Shown here one piece after another: positions 35,819-47,941 of a stretch of DNA of 64,000 bases; positions within the stretch are counted from its first letter, which is position 1, and every line of letters begins with the position of its first letter. This DNA is from Eukaryota sp. TZLM1-RC. Lineage: Eukaryota; Protista; Metamonada: BaSk clade. Position numbers and translations under genes: made by a program. The notes beneath the pieces were generated by a model. It made no database searches. It had not been told where the DNA came from and saw nothing but the letters and a program-made list of their open reading frames with translations. The stretch spans positions 3,472,001 through 3,536,000 of the forward strand of contig JAUPSS010000001.1 of the NCBI GenBank assembly GCA_040285825.1, in the 5' to 3' direction.

Positions 35819-37834
35819 TTTTTTTTTAAAATTTAATTTTATTCTAAACCTATAAATCAACATCTAAAAAATCCATCTCTCCCAAAACAAAAACACTAGA
35901 TGCAACTCTCTCATAGTGAGATCCAAGAGAAAGCAAAGCATCAGAAACCATCTTCAACATCCCCTTAAAAATAGAAAACACAATTCTATTTTGCCAAAAC
36001 AATCTGTTGAAATTTCTGCCAGTTCTTCTCTTTACAATCATTTCAAAAATCATCCAAAAACGTAAAGCAGTTGGTGCAAGTGAACCAAAAAGGGAAAAAT
36101 ACAAATGGATACAAATTGTATTTTGCATGCTGTAGACTGGCCAATTTGGACAAAGGTTCATTGTATTTTTGAATTTAAAATTTTCAGCATTTGAAAGGGG
36201 ATTATGAATTTCAGAATTAACAAGCCTTTCATTTGAGGCATTACAAGGATCAACAGACATTACATCCAATAAAATGAAGCTTCCATCTAATCCAGGTAAT
36301 ATGACATCACCTCTATTATTCTTATGAAAATCATTTTCAGCATCAAACAGATTTGACAACAAAGGTTCCAAGAAGGATTCAATTCTATGAGATTTACACA
36401 TACAATATAACTGGTCTCTTACAGCATCATGAACCTTGCTTCTAAAAGTAATAAAATGTTTACAATTTAACAAATGAGTAGTTGTAATTTCTCGAGAACA
36501 TTTACAAATTAAATTATGAGGTAAATTATCAGGCCAGATAAAGGAACGAAATCTCATATTCAGAGTCCAAGCAGAATCGGATAAGAGAGTACCATAAACT
36601 TGTGGAATTGTTGTTACTAAGGCAGAAGAAGTACTGTCACACATATCTTGTAAAAAGATTTGCAAAAGCGGGATTCTTTTTCTTGGCCAAGCCAAGTCTA
36701 ACATCAAAATCCAAGCTTTCAAAAATCTTTGACAATTTTTGTTGAAGCTTTTTACAGCAAAACTGTAAATTAAATAGAGATCGGTTTGGAATTTCTTGAA
36801 TTGATTGAGGAAAACATTTGGTCCAAATTTGTGGCGGTAATTTTTCAAGTTCACAAGATAACTCATACAAATAGGGACTACAATTGGGGACTAACAGATG
36901 AGAATCATCAGGAAATCTACGAGAAAATTCATAAATAAAATTTTGCCACCACCCAAGAATGCTGATTGACACAAAATTGAAGATTTAGTAAATCCAATAC
37001 CCCCAAATTTGCTGAAGAAAATAAATGGCTTTTCAACATTCCTGGTTCTACATCCAATAAATCAGCAAAAAAATTCTGTTCTCAATGAATTAAAAGAACG
37101 ACAAAAATCTAATGCTATGGAAGGAGCACAAGATCTCAAAATGTGGGTTATTCTCCCAGTGTAGCAAATTTTAAGCATAAAAAAATTTAATATGCTTTTT
37201 CTATATCTAAAGAAGAAATTGAATCAAGTTCAATTTTCATTTTTTTCCAAAATAACTTGCAATTCATTCTGAATTTGAGGCACATTTCCTAACCAACAAC
37301 CAAGGAACTTAAAAGCATCACTACTATAATTAGTAAAAGGGACAATAGAATCGTTTATCACGAGGTCTTGAGCAGAAGAGCCAATCAGAAGGCATTTGCT
37401 GGCATTAAGATGAAGCCCAATATTTTCATATGAATCGGCAATTTCTTGAGCAACCAATTCTAGTAAATCAAATGAACCAATCAAGGATATATCATCCATA
37501 TAAGCAACTATTTTTATAGAAGGGTATTTTTGCTTAATGATATTTAAAGTTTTGTGAATAGCTAAACAAAACAATAATGGGCCTAAAGGATCTCCCTGCT
37601 TCACTCCAGAAGATGATTTAAGACCAAATGAATTAAAAATTAAATCTGATTCTTTCCCATAAAAATGGTAGAAAAAACTCGATAGCTCAGGAAAATCAGA
37701 TTTAATAACTTCAAAAATTGCTTCTCGCTTTACAGAATTAAAAGCATTTTTAAAGTCGAGATTAAAAATAAAATTATTTTCCTCTGCATTAAAAAAGGTA
37801 TCAGAGGCAATAGCAGCAACAGAAGCACCATCAA
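35819..37834 (-). mobile_element. 5'-truncated, probably recombinant family A copy
   Basis: Left flank as the 38624 copy, right junction as the 33012 copy. Confidence 0.88.
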
Positions 37835-38623
37835 ATCTGTTTGATGCTGAAAATGATTTTCATAAGAATAATAGAGGTGATGTCATATTACCTGGATTAG
37901 ATGGAAGCTTCATTTTATTGGATGTAATGTCTGTTGATCCTTGTAATGCCTCAAATGAAAGGCTTGTTAATTCTGAAATTCATAATCCCCTTTCAAATGC
38001 TGAAAATTTTAAATTCAAAAAATACAATGAACCTTTGTCCAAATTGGCCAGTCTACAGCATGCAAAATACAATTTGTATCCATTTGTATTTTCCCTTTGT
38101 GGTTCACTAGCACCAACTGCTTTACGTTTTTTGGATGATTTTGAATTGATTGTAAAGAGAAGAACTGGCAGAAATTTCAACAGATTGTTTTGGCAAAATA
38201 GAATTGTGTTTTCTATTTTTAAGGGGATGTTGAAGATGGTTTCTGATGCTTTGCTTTCTCTTGGATCTCACTATGAGAGAGTTGCATCTAGTGTTTTTGT
38301 TTTGGGAGAGATGGATTTTTAGATGTCGATTTATAGGTTTTGAATAAAATTAAATTTAAAAAAAGACGGGATTATTAATCTTAGTCACACTAAGTCGTTT
38401 AGAAAAATCCAGGTCTTCAAAACCAATAAGAACAGACTTCTGTAATTTCACAACAGCAAGATGAAGGTTGGTGAAAGATCTCGAAGGCACAGCAGGCAAA
38501 CTTGAAGGAAAACTCCTATTCCAAATATCAACAGGTAGTTCTTGCACCATTTTTTCAAGAGAAATTAATAACGGATGTGATTCATTTAAAGGAATATGAT
38601 CAAAACGAAGTTTCCATTCAAAA

Positions 38624-41600
38624 TTTTTTTTTTAAAATTTAATTTTATTCTAAACCTATAAATCAACATCTAAAAAATCCATCTCTCCCAAAACAAAAAC
38701 ACTAGATGTAACTCTCTCATAGTGAGATCCAAGAGAAAGCAAAGCATCAGAAACCATCTTCAACATCCCCTTAAAAATAGAAAACACAATTCTATTTTGC
38801 CAAAACAATCTGTTGAAATTTCTGCCAGTTCTTCTCTTTACAATCATTTCAAAATCATCCAAAAAACGTAAAGCAGTTGGTGCAAGTGAACCAAAAAGGG
38901 AAAATACAAATGGATACAAATTGTATTTTTGCATGCTGTAGACTGGCCAATTTGGACAAAGGTTCATTGTATTTTTTTGAATTTAAAATTTTCAGCATTT
39001 GAAAGGGGATTATGAATTTCAGAATTAACAAGCCTTTCATTTGAGGCATTACAAGGATCAACAGACATTACATCCAATAAAATGAAGCTTCCATCTAATC
39101 CAGGTAATATGACATCACCTCTATTATTCTTGTGAAAATCATTTTCAGCATCAAACAGATTTGACAACAAAGGTTCCAAGAAGGATTCAATTCTATGAGA
39201 TTTACACATACAATATAACTGGTCTCTTACAGCATCATGAACCTTGCTTCTAAAAGTAATAAAATGTTTACAATTTAACAAATGAGTAGTTGTAATTTCT
39301 CGAGAACATTTACAAATTAAATTATGAGGTAAATTATCAGGCCAGATAAAGGAACGAAATCTCATATTCAGAGTCCAAGCAGAATCGGATAAGAGAGTAC
39401 CATAAACTTGTGGAATTGTTGTTACTAAGGCAGAAGAAGTACTGTCACACATATCTTGTAAAAGATTTGCAAAAGCGGGATTCTTTCTCTTGGCCAAGCC
39501 AAGTCTAACATCAAAATCCAAGCTTTCAAAAATCTTTGACAATTTTTGTTGAAGCTTTTTACAGCAAAACTGTAAATTAAATAGAGATCGGTTTGGAATT
39601 TCTTGAATTGATTGAGGAAAACATTTGGTCCAAATTTGTGGCGGTAATTTTTCAAGTTCACAAGATAACTCATACAAATAGGGACTACAATTGGGGACTA
39701 ACAGATGAGAATCATCAGGAAATCTACGAGAAAATTCATAAATAAAATTTTTGCCACCACCCAAGAATGCTGATTGACACAAAATTGAAGATTTAGTAAA
39801 TCCAATACCCCCAAATTTGCTGAAGAAAATAAATGGCTTTTTCAACATTCCTGGTTCTACATCCAATAAATCAGCAAAAAAATTCTGTTCTCAATGAATT
39901 AAAAGAACGACAAAAATCTAATGCTATGGAAGGAGCACAAGATCTCAAAATGTGGGTTATTCTCCCAGTGTAGCAAATTTTAAGCATAAAAAAATTTAAT
40001 ATGCTTTTCTATATCTAAAGAAGAAATTGAATCAAGTTCAATTTTCATTTTTTCCAAAATAACTTGCAATTCATTCTGAATTTGAGGCACATTTCCTAAC
40101 CAACAACCAAGGAACTTAAAAGCATCACTACTATAATTAGTAAAAGGGACAATAGAATCGTTTATCACGAGGTCTTGAGCAGAAGAGCCAATCAGAAGGC
40201 ATTTGCTGGCATTAAGATGAAGCCCAATATTTTCATATGAATCGGCAATTTCTTGAGCAACCAATTCTAGTAAATCAAATGAACCAATCAAGGATATATC
40301 ATCCATATAAGCAACTATTTTTATAGAAGGGTATTTTTGCTTAATGATATTTAAAGTTTTGTGAATAGCCAAACAAAACAATAATGGACCTAAAGGGTCA
40401 CCTTGCTTCACACCAGAAGATGATTTAAGAGCAAATGAATTAAAAATTAAATCTGATTCTTTACCATAAAAATGGTAGAAAAAAACTCGATAGCTCAGGA
40501 AAATCAGATTTAATAACTTCAAAAATTGCTTCTCGCTTTACAGAATTAAAAGCATTTTTTTAAAGTCGAGATTAAAAATAAAATTATTTTCCTCTGCATT
40601 AAAAAAGGTATCAGAGGCAATAGCAGCAACAGAAGCACCATCAATTGTGTTGATTCCAAATTGATGAGGATTCAAAAATGTAGAGGCTTTGTCTTTGACA
40701 CGATCGAAGACAATTGATGCCAGCAAACGAGAAAGAGATTCACCAACAGCAATTGGGCGTATTCCATCAGGTTTGATTCCGTTTCCAGGCTTTACTAAAG
40801 CAATCAGACGTGCTGCGAGCAATTCAAATGGAGGATTTATTTTCAAAACAATTAATTGTTGAAAATAGTGGGCTAGATCATCAGCAATTTCGGGAGCACT
40901 GGAACACGCTATTTTTAAGAGATCAAAAGAAATTCCAGATGGGCCTGCTGCTTTCCCCTTAGGTAATTTTTGAATAGCTTTAAGAACCTCAATTGCAGTA
41001 ATAGGATTTTCAATCCAAAAAGGACACACTTCAGGCTTGCTGCACTTGAAATTTTCTTGAGGATGCAACTTTTGGAGTTTTTCAAGGGTATCAGAGTTTA
41101 CATCAGCCAAAGAAGAGGAAAACAAAGACTGCTTTGCGGCACCATAACGACCACGTAAGCACAATTTTCGGCAAATTTTTGATTTTACAATTTTTCTATT
41201 TCCAAATTTTTTTCTTAAAACAATTTTTGTTTTTTCTAGCAAAATATTTCCAGAAGGATGAAATATTCCACTTATTATTTTTAATTCAGAAGTAAAATTT
41301 CTCATTTCCATTGAGCAGGGGATTGTGCTGGCGGGACTTATTTCTACTGGGATCCGGATCGGGGGTCTTACGGTATCAACGGCTTTACAATTCGTACAAA
41401 AACAGAAGTTTTCGACCATTTCGTGAATCTGCAACATTTTTTTTTGCAAAATGGACAACAAAAATTACTGTTTTCAGAAGGGGAAGAAGAGGAACACTAG
41501 AAGCATTTAACTGTTGATCGTCAGAAACATTATTTTCAGCACCTTTCACAACGGCAACAGCTGGAACAGAACATTTGAGAATTTGTTGAGCAGATTTTAA

Positions 41601-42122
41601 TTCAAATTCTCTTTTTTGTTTCTCAGGGCACGTTCTCGAATTATGACCACTGATACCACAAATCGAACATTTTTTTAGAACCTTTTTAATGGCAGTGGTT
41701 TCATTTTTTTCAGTTCTTTCAATTTTGTCAATTTTTGAGTTAAAAGTAGAAATAGACTTTTGACTTTTTTGCAGTTTCAGCTGGAGAAAACAAATTTCGA
41801 GAAACGGAGTTGTTAATAGAACGCGCAACAGAACGCAAGGAACGTAATGGTGGTTTTTCTGTGTTTTTTCTGGTACAATGATCAGTTTTTGAATGAAATT
41901 TTTTTTGAGATGAATTTCGAGCATAGCTTGTATTGTGGGGAGAGTGGGGAAGTGGAATGGATGAGCTTGATCTGACTGGTAGAATCTTTGCTTGGGCGTT
42001 CCAATCAGTATCAGAGTCACTATCAGCCAAAGGCATCGTTTTGACAGAGAAACAGTACGACTTTGACGCCTTGACAGAAAGTGAAATATGAAAGGGTTGA
42101 CTAAGGGAGGGAGAAAAAAAAA
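38624..42122 (-). mobile_element. Full-length family A element nested in C
   Basis: TSD tccattcaaaa (38613-38623, 42123-42133); 5' T9-CTCCCTCCC; ATG at ~42036; stop 38656. Confidence 0.92.
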
Positions 42123-44091
42123 TCCATTCAAAAAGAAAATTTTTCATACCACCAATAAAAGCACTTTTGCATAAATACTCTGCTTTTGAAAAACCAACTC
42201 CACCAAATTTGGACTAAAAAATGCATGATAAGGAATTTTAGATGGACAAACTTCTACTAAATTTCCTAAGAAATTTGTTCTCAAAGTATTGAATTGACGT
42301 GCAAAATCATGAGAAATTGTGGGAGATAAAGAACGAAGAAGATGATTAATTTTTGATCCAAAACACACATTTAGGACCGAAAACGCTAAATGTTTGTCAA
42401 TTTCTAGATCTTGAATAGCCAAAAGTTGCTCTTCGATTTTTCCAAAATACCTGACAAAAATCGATTTAACTTTTTCACTATTTCCAAAATAAGATCCAAG
42501 AAACCGAATAGCATCTTCCTCGTAATCAACGTATTTGATAAAAGTTTCATTAAATGCCACCTCCGCATGCTGATTACCAATAATGAAACACTTGGGCAAT
42601 TTAATGTCTAACCCTATTTGTTTGGCCAGAAAAACAAAATGTTGTAAACCGTGTTGTAAAAGAGACAAAGGGCCAATAAGTGATAAATCATCTGCATAAG
42701 CACAAATATGAATGTCAGGAAAATCCGACTTAAATTTTACCAAAACTGATTGCAGTGCTAGGCAAAAGAAAAATGGACCCAATGGATCCCCTTGTTTGAC
42801 CCCTCTTGACGAAACAATATTCTCAGAATGAAAAATTAAGTTAGAGGGTGATCCATACATCAATTTAAAAATACGGCAAAAGTGAAGGATAGTGTAGTTC
42901 AAGTTCTTGCAAAATACTGGAGCGAAAAACGGAGTTGAAAGCATTTTTAAAATCAATGTTCAATAAATAATTTTCGCCTTTTTGATTGAAAAGTAAATCT
43001 GTACACAACGCAGCACATGTTGTGCCATCAGGAATTCCGATAGCAAACTGATAAGGACGAAAATAATTAATTGCGGATGACTTAACTCTTTTAAAAAGAA
43101 ATAATTGCTAATAATCTCGTTATGGACTCACCAACAGCAATAGGTCTGACACCACCTCCAGGCTTATTTTAAAAGCAACTAAACGAGATGCCATTAACGC
43201 TTGTGGTAACTTGAAACGTCCCATGATGACACTATTAAAAAGAAAAACTAAATCATCCACGATTTCTGGACATATGTTGACTGCGGACTTCAAATGATCA
43301 TAACTAAGTCCAGAAGGCCCAGCAGAACGACCAGACGGAAGTCCTTTAATAGCTACACTAACTTCATCACAAGTGATAGGATTAGCAGTGAAGAAATCAC
43401 GTTCATTATCAGAGACAATGTGATTTATGGTGAAGTCTTCAGGTGGATGAAGAGAATTTAAAGAATCCAATGTTTCATCATTGAAGGCAGCAGGAGAAGA
43501 ACCAGCCAATAATTTAAGTGCTGAAGAGTATTGTGAACGAAGAATCAAAGACTCAAAGCGCTTTTTGACATTTTTAGATTGTGGAACCGACTTCTTATAT
43601 TTAGATTTCTTGTGTAAAGACATAGCCTTAGAAAGAAAAAATTTCCAAAAAATCGAAGGATTCCAAATGCCCTTTCGAAGAGAGAAGGTTAAAGATCGAA
43701 TAACTGTTGCAAGAGAAGACGAATGAGCAGGAGAAACGAATTGAGGGATTGCAAATGGAGGTCTACAAGGATCAATTGGCGTGCAAGAGTCACAAACCAA
43801 AAGAGGTCGACCCGAAACATTGAATCCAGAAACTGGAGAACAACAGAACAAACATGATTTTGTATTACTACTGACTGAAGACGAATGAAGTATATGTGGA
43901 GGCTCAATAGACTCAATAAGTGAAGATAATGATGCCAATACAGCTTCATCTGACAAAACTTTTCGCCGAGGACATGTTGTTTTTGTGTGACCAACAGTTT
44001 TGCACAAAGAACAGGTAGTCACAGAATTCTTAGGGCGTCCTCTAGAAGGTTTTGAAGTAACTGACTTTGGAGGCATAGATAAGCATGGAGG
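42123..44091 (-). mobile_element. 5' part of family C; repeated at 53437-55439
   Basis: ORFs 43120-44076 (MPPKSVTS) and 42144-42956 (QGDPLGP, YADD). Confidence 0.9.
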
Positions 44092-44095
44092 TAAA

Positions 44096-44929
44096 TTTTT
44101 TTTATTATTTATTTTTTATTCAACAACAAATATGAAATACACAATTAAAACTCCACATCCTCAAAACCTGCCTCCCCTACATCAAAACAATTAATCGCTA
44201 AAGATTCAGAAAATTTCCCAAAAGAAGATAGTGAATCAGAAATTAGTGTTACCATTCCTTTAAAATAGAAAATACAATCCTGTTTTTGCCAGTAAACACG
44301 ATTGAAAAATTCTTCCAGTTCTTTCCTTTACAACTACAACAAAATCCTCAAAGAAAGCCATAGCAGCCTTACCTAGAGATCCAAGCAAAGAAAAAAACAA
44401 ATGGACATAAATTATATTGGGCATGAGAATTTTCATTAACCGAGGAAATGGGTTTCGCATATTTAGCAATTTTATATTTTTCGCCTGCAAGAAGAGGATT
44501 ATTTACATCCGAGTTAATGAAATGTTCGTTAGAGGAATTACAAGGGTCAATAGACATGGCGTCCAAAAATAGTAAAACTACCATTTAAAACCAGGAACAA
44601 CTAGATCACCTCTAGTCAGACCCATAGAAGCTCTGTTGTAACGCGTACTATCAATATTGGGATCATCAAGAATTAATTTTGATAACAGCGGTTCTAAAAA
44701 GGAATCTACACGATATGATTTGCACATTACATAAATTTGGTCCCTGACGTTATTATGCACTTTGCTTCTAAACGTAATAAAATGTTTACAGTTCAAAAGA
44801 TGAGTAAACAAAAGAGGTTTTACCACATTTACAAGTTAAATGATTGGGCAAATTGTTTGGCCACAGAAAACAACGAAAACGCATGTTTAGAAGCCATTCA
44901 TTGTCTTTTAACAAAAGTCCATAAACAGA
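44096..44929 (-). mobile_element. 5'-truncated family B copy; repeated at 55440-56274
   Basis: Matches 3127-3958; followed by TSD aaaagtttgttattct (44930-44945). Confidence 0.88.
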
Positions 44930-45244
44930 AAAAGTTTGTTATTCTGGAAAATTTACTTATATTTTTGAAATCAACATCACCATCAATTTCTTTTTGAGTT
45001 TTGTCGAATTTTTTTAATGAACAGAGAACCAATTTTTAGCAAAATTATTTAGTAATTTTTTTCCAGCATAACAAATTTTCAAAGAAAAAACTTAAGATGT
45101 TTTTTTCCAATTCAAGAGTCTTTATGACTTTTAGCTCTTTTTAATTGAATTTAAATAATTTTTCAAGGCTGTCAAGTGTCTTTTTCGGCGGAACCTAAAT
45201 AGCAACCCAGAAAGCAGAAACTAGTTTTTACTCATTTACTGCGA

Positions 45245-45600
45245 ATCCTACTGCCTTTGTCCAAATTGGCCAGTCTACAGCATGCAAAAATACAATTTGT
45301 ATCCATTTGTATTTTTCCCTTTTTGGTTCACTTGCACCAACTGCTTTACGTTTTTTTGGATGATTTTGAAATGATTGTAAAGAGAAGAACTGGCAGAAAT
45401 TTCAACAGATTGTTTTGGCAAAAATAGAATTGTGTTTTCTATTTTTAAGGGGATGTTGAAGATGGTTTCTGATGCTTTGCTTTCTCTTGGATCTCACTAT
45501 GAGAGAGTTGCATCTAGTGTTTTTTTGTTTTGGGAGAGATGGATTTTTTTAGATGTTGATTTATTGTTTTGGAATAAAATTAATTTTTTTAAAAAAAAAT
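45245..45600 (+). mobile_element. Short 3' fragment of family A nested in F; repeated at ~56589-56938
   Basis: TSD tcatttactgcga (45232-45244, 45601-45613); empty site visible at 6140-6152. Confidence 0.88.
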
Positions 45601-46640
45601 TCATTTACTGCGATCATTACCTCCATCCCTAAAATATTTGACCAAAGCTGCATTTATTGGTGGTGGAAAAAATTTTGTATTTGAATTCTCTAGAAGATAT
45701 CCTTTGCCGAAAATCTTCTTGAAAATACAAATAGCATATTCCTGGATAACTTAAGAGAAGAAATATCCAGTTTATCTCCCGACTTATGGCAATCATGTTT
45801 CCCCATATCCATTCAAGAAATTCCAGACAGAAGTTTATATTCATTAAAATTTGCGTTGAAAAAGCTCCAACGACATCTTTTGAAAAATTTTTGAAAACAA
45901 GGATTTTATTGTTCGACTTAGCACGGCTAAGAAAGAAAATCCTGCTTTTGCCAATTTTTTGATTGATTTGAAGGACAGTTCTTCTGCAGTTTTGATAAAT
46001 CAAATTCCCCAGATTTATGGTCTATTTTTGAATGACGACCAATGGACCACTGCTATGAGAATGCGTTGTTATTTATGGCCTTGTAATTTGCCCAATGATT
46101 TGTTTTTGTAAATGTGGAGCTGGTTTGACATTATCACATTTATTTAATTGTAATAGATATATTTCCTATCGTTCTACGTTGCATGATGCAGTCAGAGATC
46201 AAATCCATGCAATGTGTAATTCCTATCATATTGAATCTTTTGTAGAACCTTTGTTGAGGTCTCTTGATATAAATGAAAGCGTAAGAGATTCAGAATATGG
46301 AAAACGACGTGCTGATGTTGTTGTGCCCCTCGTTTGATGATGTCATGAATGTTGTTGATGTCGTAACAGTGGATGTATGCAAGAAAAAAATGCCTTGAAA
46401 AAAATGCTCAATCCGAAGTATCCCCCTTGATGACTCCGAATTGTACAAACGGAAAAAAAGTATGCAAATCCTTTAAAAGAATTGAAACATGTTCGCCATG
46501 TAGATTACCAAATTTGCCCATTTGCTATATCGTTGTATGGTCGTCTTGGAAAAACTGCTTTGAATTTTATTGATGATTTTGAAAATCTTGTAAAAAGAAT
46601 GAATAAGCGTTTTGATCGTCGCTTGTGGCTAAATCGTATT

Positions 46641-47757
46641 ATGAATTTGTGAATCGTTTTCCTGAAAAAAATTCATCTCATTGAAAATTGTGGCAGCTCC
46701 TATCTTATTTCTTTGCAACAGGAAATTGAAACTCTTTCACCCAATATTTGGGCTAAATGTTTCCCTCTGATATTGTGGAACTTCCTTCAAGAAGCTTGCT
46801 CTCCTTACCATTGACTTTTTGCAAAATTGCAGAAAAAATTTTTGAAAGTTTTAGAAAACTTGGATTATATTGTACGTCTTAGCTTGGCTAAGGAAAAATC
46901 CCGTTTTTGCAAACTTTTTGATTGATCTTGATGACAGTTGCTCAAGTTGCTTAATCTCCCAAATTCCCAACATTTACGGCCTTCTACTTAATGATCACCA
47001 ATGGACCACTGCAATGAGATTGAGATGTTTTCTATGGCCTTGCTCATTGCCAAATGATTTAATTTGTCGCTGCAAAGAGTGTTGTTACGCTTTCCCATAT
47101 TTTTAAACTGTAAGTATTTCATAACTTATCGCTCACTTGTTCATGACTCAGTTCGTGATCAATTATATGCCATGTGCAAAAGTTTCAATATAGAGGCATT
47201 TATTGAGCCACTAGTACGTAAGCTGTCTTCAGATCAAACTGATGATTCCTTTGGTAAAAGAAGGGCAGATTTAGTAGCTCCAGGGATCGATGGTGTTCTC
47301 AATGTTGTAGACGTTGTCTCAGTGGATGTTTGCAAAAAAATTCTGCTGCTCGTTTAGTGTATTCCGCTGACTCGCCGTTATCTAACGCCGAAAAAGAAGA
47401 TAAAAAATATGAAGAACCTTTGGCACAGTTAGGTAGAGTGGAACATGTGAAATATCAGTTTGTGCCGTTTGCAATTTCTCTTTTTGGCAATATTGGACCT
47501 TCAGGCTTGCACTGTTTGGAAAATTTTAAAAAGTGTTACTGAATAGGTCTGGTAAAACAATGAACTCCACTTTCTGGTTAAATAGAATTGTTTTTGCATT
47601 TTCAAGTCTATTCAACAATGATTTCAAAGGCACTTTTAGCTATTGGTGTAGAATATGAACGTAATGCTGTGAGTAGGTTCAGTAATAGTGACGCTTGTTT
47701 GGAGGATATTGAATTATAGATGGTTATTTTTATCTCAATAAATAAATAAATAAAAAA
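46641..47757 (+). mobile_element. 5'-truncated family G copy nested in F; repeated at ~57993-59118
   Basis: TSD aaatcgtatt (46631-46640, 47758-47767); HDSVRD, RRADL; ends DACLEDIEL*; (TAAA)n then A tail. Confidence 0.86.
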
Positions 47758-47941
47758 AAATCGTATTGTTTTTTACTATTTTTCAAATCAATTCCTAAAA
47801 TGATTTCGAAAGCTTTAATGTCTGTCAGTGCACATTATGAAAACATTGCTGCTGTAAGGTTTGATGGTGTGGAAGCTTGTTTTGAAGATATTGACTTTTT
47901 AGTCTGTGGTTTTGAAAATAAATTAAAATTAAATTAAAAAA

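Larger units (their letters stand above)
33012..38623. repeat. Direct tandem duplication, period ~2807 bp (A minus / A plus / C fragment)
   Basis: ORF starts 35111/37918; junctions 35024/37831 and 35561/38365 repeated. Confidence 0.9.
45050..47941 (+). mobile_element. Family F copy (inverted 5' piece, RLE, tail) interrupted by A and G; repeated at ~56399-59309
   Basis: CKC..HLFNC, HDAVRD, RRADV; ends EACFEDIDF*; TSDs tcatttactgcga and aaatcgtatt mark the nested insertions. Confidence 0.83.
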
